Origin: Haloarculaceae archaeon
GTDB lineage: Archaea; Halobacteriota; Halobacteria; Halobacteriales; Haloarculaceae
Assembly (NCBI GenBank): GCA_036626395.1
Contig: JAZKRZ010000001.1
Span: 1 to 63,701 of the forward strand
Reading direction: 5' to 3'
DNA: 63,701 nucleotides
The translations under genes and the position numbers were made by a program. The notes under the pieces are model-generated. The model searched no databases and was not told the DNA's origin. It saw only the letters and a program-made list of their open reading frames with translations. Shown here in pieces: positions 56,292 through 63,701 of the stretch (the first letter of the stretch is position 1; each line of letters begins with the position of its first letter).

Positions 56292-57835
56292 CGCTCCCCC
56301 CACCGGAGGACTGGCCAGTCGACGACCCGGTCGCCGACAGGTCGGTCGACCTGCTCCGCGAGCGAACCCGAGCCACCCCCGACGCGACGGCGGTCGTCGA
56401 CGCCGACACCGGCGAGGCGTGGACCTTCGACGAGTTCGGCGGCCGCGTCTCGCGGCGGGCCCGCTGGCTCGCCGACCTGGGTGCTGACGCCGGACGCACC
56501 GGGGTGGCACTCGATACGGGGCCCGCGTTCGCCGGCGTCTACTTCGCGGTCGGACGCCGGGGTGGAGCGGTCGTCCCCCTGAACCTCGATTTGCCCGCCG
56601 AGGCGCTCCGACGACAGGCCGAGCGGGCGGGCGTCGACTGCATAGTCTGTGGACGTGACACCGAGGAACTGGCGGTCTCCGCCGCACCGTCCGACGTTCC
56701 CGTCGCGTCGGTCGAGACGCCCGATTGGGACGGTCCGACGGAACCGAGTCGCGGGGCGGAGCCGCCGGTCCCGGACGACCGGCCACTGGACGCCGAGCGC
56801 GCCGTTCTGTTCACGTCCGGGACGACTGGCGACCCGAAGGGCGTGCGACTCACTCGGGGGAACCTCGTCGCGAGCGCCGTCGGGTCGGCCTACCGACTCG
56901 GCGTCGAACCGGACGACCGCTGGCTGGGCTGTCTCCCGATGTACCACATGGGGGGGCTCGCGCCGCTCGTCCGCTCGACGCTCTACGGGACGACAACCGT
57001 GATACATCGGTCGTTCGACGCCGCGGGGACGGCAGACGCGATGGCCGAGTACGACGTCACGGGCGTCTCGCTGGTGCCGACGATGCTCCACCGACTGCTC
57101 GAAGCGGGCTGGCATCCCCCCGACTCCTTGCGGTTCGTCCTCCTGGGAGGTGGGGCCGCTTCCGAGGACCTGCTCGGCCGGGCGCTCGGCCGCGGCGTCC
57201 CGGTCTATCCGACCTACGGCGCGACCGAGACGGCCTCGCAGGTGGCGACAGCGACGCCCGGGGAGGTCCGCGAACACCCGGGGACCGTCGGTCGCCCGCT
57301 CCGCGGCACCGCTGTCTCGGTCCGCGCCGGGTCGGGAGAGAACTGCGACGTCGGCGAACGGGGCGAGGTCGTCGTGTCGGGCCCGACAGTCACGCCCGGC
57401 TATCTCGACGGCGCCCGGTCGTCCGACGCTTTCGACGAACACGGGTTTCACACCGGCGACCTGGGCTATCGCGACGAAGCGGGTCGGCTCTGGGTGGTCG
57501 GCCGACTCGACGACCGCATCGTGACCGGCGGCGAGAACGTCCACCCGGGCACCGTCGCCGACGCGCTGGCGACCCTTTCGACGGTCAGCGACGCCGCGGT
57601 CGTCGGCCTCCCGGACGACGAGTGGGGCGAGCGCGTCGCCGCGCTGGTCGTCCCCACAGACCCCGCCGACCCGCCGACCCCGACGGACGTCCGCGAGGCG
57701 CTCCGCGGCCGGGTGGCCGACTACGCTCTCCCGAAGACCGTCGGCGTCGCGGATACACTTCCGCGGACGCCCTCGGGCACGGTCGACCGCGGGGCCGTCA
57801 GAGACCGACTCGAAGACGCGGCCGACGGCGACTGA
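56288..57835 (+). CDS. menE: o-Succinylbenzoate--CoA ligase
   Basis: AMP-binding motif LFTSGTTGDPKGV. GTG overlaps the menC stop. The stop TGA at 57833-35 abuts MITE A5. Confidence 0.85.
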   Translation: MTLPPPEDWPVDDPVADRSVDLLRERTRATPDATAVVDADTGEAWTFDEFGGRVSRRARWLADLGADAGRTGVALDTGPAFAGVYFAVGRRGGAVVPLNLDLPAEALRRQAERAGVDCIVCGRDTEELAVSAAPSDVPVASVETPDWDGPTEPSRGAEPPVPDDRPLDAERAVLFTSGTTGDPKGVRLTRGNLVASAVGSAYRLGVEPDDRWLGCLPMYHMGGLAPLVRSTLYGTTTVIHRSFDAAGTADAMAEYDVTGVSLVPTMLHRLLEAGWHPPDSLRFVLLGGGAASEDLLGRALGRGVPVYPTYGATETASQVATATPGEVREHPGTVGRPLRGTAVSVRAGSGENCDVGERGEVVVSGPTVTPGYLDGARSSDAFDEHGFHTGDLGYRDEAGRLWVVGRLDDRIVTGGENVHPGTVADALATLSTVSDAAVVGLPDDEWGERVAALVVPTDPADPPTPTDVREALRGRVADYALPKTVGVADTLPRTPSGTVDRGAVRDRLEDAADGD

Positions 57836-57943
57836 TACTGTCGGACACAAGTGGGGCCACCGTCGGTGGCTCGTTCGACCCGGAACGGGCGTTTCGATAG
57901 CGTGTTCCCGGCGAGTGTGTTCGCGTACTTGTGTCCGACAGTA
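57836..57943 (-). mobile_element. MITE-like element, family A, copy A5 (108 bp, inverted)
   Basis: Flanked by direct TGA (57833-35 and 57944-46). The left TGA is the stop codon of menE. Confidence 0.85.
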
Positions 57944-58000
57944 TGACCGCGGCCCCGGACTGGCGCGGGCTTTAATCGGTCTCGCTTCCTACGGGGGTTC

Positions 58001-58741
58001 GTGTGCACGCTCGTCTTCGCCTGGCAGGTGTTCACTGACGCACCGGTGGTCGCCGCGGCCAACCGCGACGAACGGCTGGACCGCCCCGCGGAACCGCCCG
58101 ACGTCGTCGACGACCGACCGCGCGTGGTCGCGCCCCGTGACGCCGAGGCCGGCGGTACCTGGATCGGCTACAACGAACAGGACGTCCTGGTCGCAGTCAC
58201 GAACCGCTGGACCGACCGCGACGTGACGGGCGACCGCTCGCGCGGGTTGCTCGTCCGCGACGCGCTCCGGGAGCGCTCCGCGGAAGACGCCGTCCGCCTC
58301 GTCGAGCGCGAACTCGACGACCGCGAGTACGAGGGGTTCAATCTCGTCGTCGCCGACCCGACCGCGGCGCTGTACGTCGAGTACGACGGGGCCGTCCGCG
58401 TCCGCAATTTCGAACCCGGCGTCCACGTCGTCGTCAACGTCGGTGCGGACGGCGAGTACGTGGTCCCGGCCACGAGGCCCGAAGCGGGCGAACGGCAGGC
58501 CGAAAACGCCGACCGACTGGCGGCCGAACTGGCGGTCGAACCCGGCGAGACCTCGACGGCGTGGCTCGACCGCGCGGCCGAGTGCATCGCCGACCACGAC
58601 TACGGCGTCTGCGTCCACCGCGACAGCTTCGGCACCCGTTCCTCGTCGCTCATCACTCTCGGTACCGATGGCGCGACCTACCGGTACGCCGACGGACCGC
58701 CCTGCGAGACGGACTACCGGCACGTGGAAGGGCAGGTTTAA
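58001..58741 (+). CDS. NRDE-family protein (DUF833 / TANGO2-like)
   Basis: MCTLVF N-terminus and the AANRDE motif. GTG start. Confidence 0.75.
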   Translation: MCTLVFAWQVFTDAPVVAAANRDERLDRPAEPPDVVDDRPRVVAPRDAEAGGTWIGYNEQDVLVAVTNRWTDRDVTGDRSRGLLVRDALRERSAEDAVRLVERELDDREYEGFNLVVADPTAALYVEYDGAVRVRNFEPGVHVVVNVGADGEYVVPATRPEAGERQAENADRLAAELAVEPGETSTAWLDRAAECIADHDYGVCVHRDSFGTRSSSLITLGTDGATYRYADGPPCETDYRHVEGQV

Positions 58742-58767
58742 ACGGTCCAGAGGACGTACCGGTAGGT

Positions 58768-59112
58768 ATGTCTGCTGCCGAAGAGGACCTCAACGAGGAC
58801 GAGCGCGCGGGACTCGAACTCATCAGGGAGACGGGGGGGATCCACCAGAGCGACTTCTGGAAGGAGCTGGACGTCAGTTCCCGCAAGGGCAGCCGCATCG
58901 CCGAATCGCTGGCCGAGGAAGACCTCATTCAGCGCGAGGAGACCGTCTACAAGGGTCACAACACCTACTACCTGACGCCGGCGCTCCGTGACCTGGATTT
59001 CTCGTTGCTGATGGCCGGCGACCAACTCTCGCCGTTTATCGGCGACGAGGAAGTCGACGCCCACTCCGACACGTTCTCGCAGTGGGTGATGAACCTCGCA
59101 TACGAGGACTGA
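58768..59112 (+). CDS. Small winged-helix DNA-binding protein (114 aa)
   Basis: wHTH-like core (IHQSDFWKELDVSSRKGSRIAESLAEEDLIQRE). The stop TGA at 59110-12 abuts MITE B4. Confidence 0.6.
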   Translation: MSAAEEDLNEDERAGLELIRETGGIHQSDFWKELDVSSRKGSRIAESLAEEDLIQREETVYKGHNTYYLTPALRDLDFSLLMAGDQLSPFIGDEEVDAHSDTFSQWVMNLAYED

Positions 59113-59221
59113 TACGGACCGTTGTACTTCGTTACCGCCGTCGCGAACCACGGTGAACGCATCGGGCCGTAACTCGCCCATACGTCGACGGCATCGCCGA
59201 AAATGGGTACAACGGTCCGTA
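59113..59221 (+). mobile_element. MITE-like element, family B, copy B4 (109 bp)
   Basis: Flanked by direct TGA (59110-12 and 59222-24). The left TGA is the stop codon of the wHTH gene. Confidence 0.85.
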
Positions 59222-59339
59222 TGATACGGACTGCTGTCACTGTTTCCCACGACGACCGCCCGATTGCGCGCGGTCGATGGAGAAATGACTGCCAGCAATC
59301 CGTACGAGAGACGGGCTGGTCACCGAAAGAGGACGGGTC

Positions 59340-59813
59340 TCAGTCTTCCAGCGCCTCGGCGATCCGGTCGAGGGTCCGGCGCACGTCGTGGACCTCGTCG
59401 CGGAGTTTGCGGACCTCGCGGACGAGTTCCTCGTCGTCCCCGCTCTCCTCCTCGCGGCCGCGCTGGCCGCCGGGGCCGCCGCCCATGCCGGGCGGACCGC
59501 CGCCACCGCCCATCATGCCGCCCATCATCTGTGCGAAGGGGTTGCCGCCCATGCCGCCGGGGCCACCGCCACCGCCCATCATCTCCTCCATGCGCTCCTC
59601 GCGACTCGGGGCGTCGCCCTCGCCCTCGCCTTCGCCTTCTTCGGCACGCTGCTGGCGGATCTCCTCGACGCGCTCGCGGAAGGACTTGGACTCGTCGTCG
59701 CTCTCGTCTCCGCCCTCGACACCGTCGTCAGCCGGCGCGTCGGTGTCGGCGGTCGATTCCTCGGTCTCGCTGTCTGCCGGCGCTCCGGCGTCGTCTGAAT
59801 CCTCGTCTGCCAT
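59340..59813 (-). CDS. Acidic protein with a central Gly/Met-rich (GGM-type) low-complexity block, hypothetical
   Basis: ATG at 59811-13. The sequence contains MMGGGGGPGGMGGNPFAQMMGGMMGGGGGPPGMGGGPGG between acidic and coiled segments. Confidence 0.6.
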   Translation of the reverse strand: MADEDSDDAGAPADSETEESTADTDAPADDGVEGGDESDDESKSFRERVEEIRQQRAEEGEGEGEGDAPSREERMEEMMGGGGGPGGMGGNPFAQMMGGMMGGGGGPPGMGGGPGGQRGREEESGDDEELVREVRKLRDEVHDVRRTLDRIAEALED

Positions 59814-59893
59814 ACCCGCGATTACCGCGGACGTCTCAAAAGGGTTGTCACCCAGGGACGCCCGCACTCGACCCCCGTCGGTCCGAACCCCGC

Positions 59894-60319
59894 TCACCGC
59901 AGTCGCCGGACGAGCACCGAAACCCCGTACGCACAGGCGACGAGGACCAGGAGGTTGAACGCCGCCTGGAACACCGAGACGAAGTCGTCGGCGATCCACA
60001 CGCGGATCGCCTCCGAGGCCGCGAAGTAGAAGCGAAACGTCGCGACCAGCGCCACCAGACACAGGATGACGAGCGCGCCGACCTGGACGAGCCACGCGAG
60101 GCGCTCCCCCGCCGTGGGACTCCCCGTGGATTCTTCCGCCACCGTCCCGTCGGTCGGTCCACGCTCGGTGGCGCCGGTCTCGGCAGCCGCCGGGCCGGTC
60201 GCCCGCTCGCCGTCAGCCGCGGACTCGGCCGGTCTGGTCGCGACGGCGTTCTCGTCGGTGTCGCCCGTTCCGGGTGCTCGTTCGCCTGTCGTGTCGTCGC
60301 TCTCGGTGTGTTCGGTCAT
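59894..60319 (-). CDS. Membrane protein (2 TM) with an acidic N-terminal tail, hypothetical
   Basis: Two C-terminal hydrophobic helices. 4-nt overlap with the upstream PGF-CTERM gene. Confidence 0.6.
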   Translation of the reverse strand: MTEHTESDDTTGERAPGTGDTDENAVATRPAESAADGERATGPAAAETGATERGPTDGTVAEESTGSPTAGERLAWLVQVGALVILCLVALVATFRFYFAASEAIRVWIADDFVSVFQAAFNLLVLVACAYGVSVLVRRLR

Positions 60320-61332
60320 GGTCGCCTCCTGTGTGCGAGTACCGCGACGGTCAGCAGCGCGAGCACGGTCACACCGACGCCGAACCCGGGGCCGGTCGTG
60401 ACGGTCGTCGGGGTGGGGGTGTTCGCCCCCCGGCGCGGCGTCGGCGTCTCGGACGTGAAATCCCCGGCGTCGAACTCGACTTCCTCGCGGGTCGCGTTCT
60501 CGGGGACCGGGCGAGTCGGGTCGAGCATCGCCGGAGACGTGGCCGTCCCCACGATGACGCCGTCGCGATAGAGGATCGCGTCGAGGTAGTAGTTGTAGTT
60601 CGAGGGGACCTCGAGGTCGACCATCGGTGTCGCGGTCTGGCCGGGACCGACGTCGCCGACCTCGACCGTCGTCCGGTCGGCGATCAGATTGGATTCGACC
60701 TGCCGGGCGCGCACGACAAGTTCGAGCCCGCCCGCCGGTTCGTCGCCCCTGTTTGTCAGCCAGGTCTGGGTCTCCAGCGTCGTGCGGTTGTCGCCCGTGC
60801 TGGTCGGGCTGTAACTGATGACCGGCAGGTCGGCGCCGCCGGATTCGAAGCGGTGGAACTCGACCGAGGTCCGCGCGTAATCCGGCGTCAGCGATCCGAC
60901 CCCCCGGACCTGCGTCCGGCCGGTAGCTATCCGGTCACCGTCCTCGTAGACGCGGACGTCGAGTCGGTATCCCCCCTGGCGCTCGACGGTGACGTTCACG
61001 CGCGTTCTGACCTCGCGGTCGCCGGAGACGTTCCCCAGGCGCTTCCTGACGGTCGTCGCGACGAGTCCGGTGTCCGCATCCATGGCCTGCACCTCCACGG
61101 TGACGTTGCGCGCCGTCCCGCCGCGGTGGGCCATGCGGACGTCCAGCGAGAGTTCGGCCGTCTCGCCGCCGACCGCGCCCGTCGAGACGCGGGGGTCCTG
61201 GAGCGAGAGGTAGCTCTCCCGGACCGACTCCTCTGAGCGGTCCGCGAGCGCGCCCGGCGCGAGGAGGGCCAGCCCCACTGACGCCACGACGATGACGGCT
61301 GCGATCACCCCGAGCGTCCGTTCTGCGTTCAC
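60316..61332 (-). CDS. Secreted/surface protein with a PGF-CTERM archaeal sorting signal
   Basis: The C-terminus TTGPGFGVGVTVLALLTVAVLAHRRRP is PGF-CTERM, preceded by a Thr/Pro-rich linker. An N-terminal signal/TM helix follows the proposed GTG start at 61330-32, which is uncertain. Confidence 0.7.
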   Translation of the reverse strand: MNAERTLGVIAAVIVVASVGLALLAPGALADRSEESVRESYLSLQDPRVSTGAVGGETAELSLDVRMAHRGGTARNVTVEVQAMDADTGLVATTVRKRLGNVSGDREVRTRVNVTVERQGGYRLDVRVYEDGDRIATGRTQVRGVGSLTPDYARTSVEFHRFESGGADLPVISYSPTSTGDNRTTLETQTWLTNRGDEPAGGLELVVRARQVESNLIADRTTVEVGDVGPGQTATPMVDLEVPSNYNYYLDAILYRDGVIVGTATSPAMLDPTRPVPENATREEVEFDAGDFTSETPTPRRGANTPTPTTVTTGPGFGVGVTVLALLTVAVLAHRRRP

Positions 61333-61415
61333 ACCTCTTGGCGCGACGCCCGCCTGTAAATGTCTTGTGTCCAACACGCCCGGCCCGGCGTCCGACCCGC
61401 CCGAGGCTCGTCCGG

Positions 61416-62171
61416 TCACCCGAAGGCGCCGAGACTCGACTGCAACTCGCGCTCCGTGGTCCCCGACCGGACCTCGTGGCCGACCAGTTCGCGCATGTCG
61501 ACGGCGTAGGTCGTCCCGCCGTTCTCCAGGACGAGCACGCGGCCCTGGGTCCCGCGCACAGTCCCCGAAAGGAGCGTCTCGGCGACCGGTCGCTCGGCGA
61601 GGTCGAACCCGTAGTCGAAGGTGTACGTCTCGATGGGGTCGAATCCGGCGAGCAGGGACGCCCAGGCGTCCTCCTCGACGCTCCGGTGGAGGCCGCGCAC
61701 TTTCGTCGGGACCCGGACGCGGTCGCCGACGTCGCGCGCGATGTCCGCCTCGACCTGCCGGGCGATCCGGCCGTTCTCGACGGTCCTGAGGTGTGCCGCG
61801 CGGTCGGCGCCCTGCTCGCGGAGCCGCCGGTTCAGCCGCCACGACCGGGTCACGCCCACCTTGAACGTCGCCGGCGCGAACGCCGCGAGGTAGACGGCGT
61901 GTTCCTCGCGACAGGACTCCAGGGGGAGCGAGCACTCGCCGGTACAGCGGGCACAGGGCCAGCGGTCGGTGTGGCGGTCGCAGTAGGGTGCAGCCGGGCG
62001 GTCACAGGGGGTGTGCCCCCCGTTTTCCCGCACTCCTGCACAGTGGCGGTCGCCGAGACTGTAGACCAGTTCCCGGCCGGAGTCGAGCGACTCGCGCTCG
62101 ACGGCGCCGTCCGTGGCGAGTACCAGGGCGGCGGATTCCTCGACGGCCGCGTCGTACCCCACTATCTGCAC
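61416..62171 (-). CDS. DUF2797-like Cys-rich protein
   Basis: Cys cluster (CDRPAAPYCDRH...CARCTGEC) followed by AVYLAAFAPATFKVGVT. GTG start, with a CCTAAAT TATA-like box about 27 nt upstream. Confidence 0.6.
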   Translation of the reverse strand: MQIVGYDAAVEESAALVLATDGAVERESLDSGRELVYSLGDRHCAGVRENGGHTPCDRPAAPYCDRHTDRWPCARCTGECSLPLESCREEHAVYLAAFAPATFKVGVTRSWRLNRRLREQGADRAAHLRTVENGRIARQVEADIARDVGDRVRVPTKVRGLHRSVEEDAWASLLAGFDPIETYTFDYGFDLAERPVAETLLSGTVRGTQGRVLVLENGGTTYAVDMRELVGHEVRSGTTERELQSSLGAFG

Positions 62172-62335
62172 GACGTGGTCTTGGAACGGGCCCGATTTAG
62201 GGATAGCGTTCGACCTCCAGTGTGAACGACGCGGGTCAGCGCGACGTCACCGGTAGCCCGCCCGTATCTGTGGGACGTAAACGGGGGACTGGGTTTATGG
62301 TTCGGGCACGTGACAGTCGCCGGTGAGACACGACA

Positions 62336-62797
62336 ATGGCCGACCTGACACTCACGAGCCCGGCGTTCGAGGACGGGGGAACGATCCCGGACAGATACGG
62401 CTACACTGCGGCCAACGTCAACCCGCCACTGGAGATATCGGGCGTGCCCGAGAGCGCGAGGTCGCTGCTCCTGGTCGTCGACGACCCCGACGCCCGCGAA
62501 CCGGCGGGCAAGATCTGGGACCACTGGGTCGTCTGGGACATCCCCGGCGACGTCGGCTCCATCCCGGAAGACTGGGACGCCGCGGCGACCGGCGCCACCG
62601 AGGGGGAAAACGACTACGGCGAGACCGGCTGGGGCGGTCCGAACCCGCCCGACCGCGAACACACCTACCGGTTCCTGCTGTACGCGCTCGATACGACCCT
62701 CGGCCTCGGTCCCGGCGCGAGCAAAGACGACGCCTACGACGCCGCCGAGGGCAACGTCGTCGACAAGGCCCACCTCGAGGGTCGGTTCGCGCCCTGA
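62336..62797 (+). CDS. YbhB/YbcL-family (PEBP / Raf-kinase-inhibitor-like) protein
   Basis: DDPDA, WDHWVVWDIP and GPNPPDREHTYRF motifs. Confidence 0.85.
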   Translation: MADLTLTSPAFEDGGTIPDRYGYTAANVNPPLEISGVPESARSLLLVVDDPDAREPAGKIWDHWVVWDIPGDVGSIPEDWDAAATGATEGENDYGETGWGGPNPPDREHTYRFLLYALDTTLGLGPGASKDDAYDAAEGNVVDKAHLEGRFAP

Positions 62798-62869
62798 ATC
62801 CCGGGACTGGGGGACCGGGTGTCCCCCCGAACGACCCGGCCGTCGGTCCGCCGTGGCGGTGACGCGCTC

Positions 62870-63697
62870 TCACTCCGGGGGCAGTTCGATCGTGGTGCCG
62901 ACGCCGACGTGACGGAACGCGTCGGGGAGGCGGTCCGCGAGGATCGCCTGTGCCCGGAACCCCGTGCAGTGGGTGCCGGCGAACAGGTCGAGTTTCCCGT
63001 CGAGCCAGTCTGCGAGTTCGTGGACGGACTCGTCGTCCATGGCGATGAGGTGGGTCCCGCCGATCACGTGGCGAACCTCCGCACCGGTCACCGCTTCGGC
63101 GTACTCGACCGAGTTCCGGAGACCGGAGTGACAGCACCCGAGGACGAGGGCCGTCCCGTCGTCAGTCCGCACAGCGAGGGCCTGGTCGTCGACGACCCGG
63201 TCCTCGACGAGGTCGCCGTCTTCCACGACCGCTCCCACAGTCGTCTCGACGTGTTTCCGGGGGATCTCACCGAGGGCGACCACACCGGGGGCGACTTCGA
63301 CGGGGCCCCGATGTTCGACGAGGTCGGCGCCGCTCTCGACTGCGGCCTTCGAGTACGGGATGCCGATGTGCACGGGTTCCTCGAGGGGTTCACCGCCGGA
63401 CCCCTCTGTTCTGTATCGGTCGGTCCAGACCTCCGGGTGGAGGTACAGCGTCGGTTTCTCCGCCGGGTCGAGAAACTGGTCGACCCCGGCGGTGTGGTCG
63501 TAGTGGCTGTGGCTCAAGACGACGGTGTCGAACCTCGTGGGAACGTCCAGGAGCCGGGCGTTGTGCGTGACGACTTCGGACTGGCCGGTATCGAACAGGA
63601 CTCCGTCCACGGCCGCCGCGAACCCCCACTCTGCGCGCAGTCCCTTCGGGTCCGACGTCGAAACCGTGTTGTCTGCGAGGATAGTGATTCGAGGCAC
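62870..63697 (-). CDS. MBL-fold metallo-hydrolase
   Basis: HSHYDH metal-binding motif. Confidence 0.8.
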   Translation of the reverse strand: MPRITILADNTVSTSDPKGLRAEWGFAAAVDGVLFDTGQSEVVTHNARLLDVPTRFDTVVLSHSHYDHTAGVDQFLDPAEKPTLYLHPEVWTDRYRTEGSGGEPLEEPVHIGIPYSKAAVESGADLVEHRGPVEVAPGVVALGEIPRKHVETTVGAVVEDGDLVEDRVVDDQALAVRTDDGTALVLGCCHSGLRNSVEYAEAVTGAEVRHVIGGTHLIAMDDESVHELADWLDGKLDLFAGTHCTGFRAQAILADRLPDAFRHVGVGTTIELPPE

Positions 63698-63701
63698 GGA
63701 C

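Overview
This is a high-GC (roughly two-thirds G+C by eye) chromosomal segment from a haloarchaeon (class Halobacteria). I infer that from the very acidic predicted proteins, a PGF-CTERM sorting signal, DpsA, a Sec61beta-type SecG, TrmB and GfcR-like regulators, and AT-rich TATA boxes about 25-30 nt before start codons. I support about 70 protein genes, one tRNA-Arg(CCU), no rRNA and no CRISPR array. Most long Arg/Pro/Gly-rich ORFs in the track are antisense or off-frame artefacts of the GC content. Several very long track ORFs are real genes with spurious N-terminal extensions, and I trimmed those.

Gene content is mostly housekeeping:
- thioredoxin, lumazine synthase, F420 reductase, archaemetzincin and a class-III aminotransferase
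- ADP-forming acetyl-CoA synthetase and DpsA
- a fabG-pccB-pccX operon plus thiolase/DUF35
- an Fe(III)-type ABC transporter and a glycosyltransferase group (GT75-like, GT-C, GT2)
- sugar regulators and a kinase, TatA
- a menaquinone cluster (menF, menD, menB, menA, menC, menE)

The less ordinary signals are:
1. Two families of 108/109-bp MITE-like palindromic elements (9 copies). Each full copy is flanked by a 3-bp T-N-A duplication, and six copies sit exactly on the TGA stop codon of the upstream gene.
2. A recurrent 16-bp palindrome, TTTAGG-N4-CCTAAA, at seven promoter-proximal positions. It links the glycosyltransferase, ABC-ATPase, thiolase and oxidoreductase genes.
3. A GT75 / ABC / GT-C / Dol-P-sugar-synthase-like GT2 neighbourhood that could encode an uncharacterised glycosylation route.
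4. Three decayed genes (ybaK-like, GNAT, DUF21-CBS).
5. A 380-bp structured gap with its own TATA-like box.

All function calls rest on motifs I recognise by eye. No database search was run.
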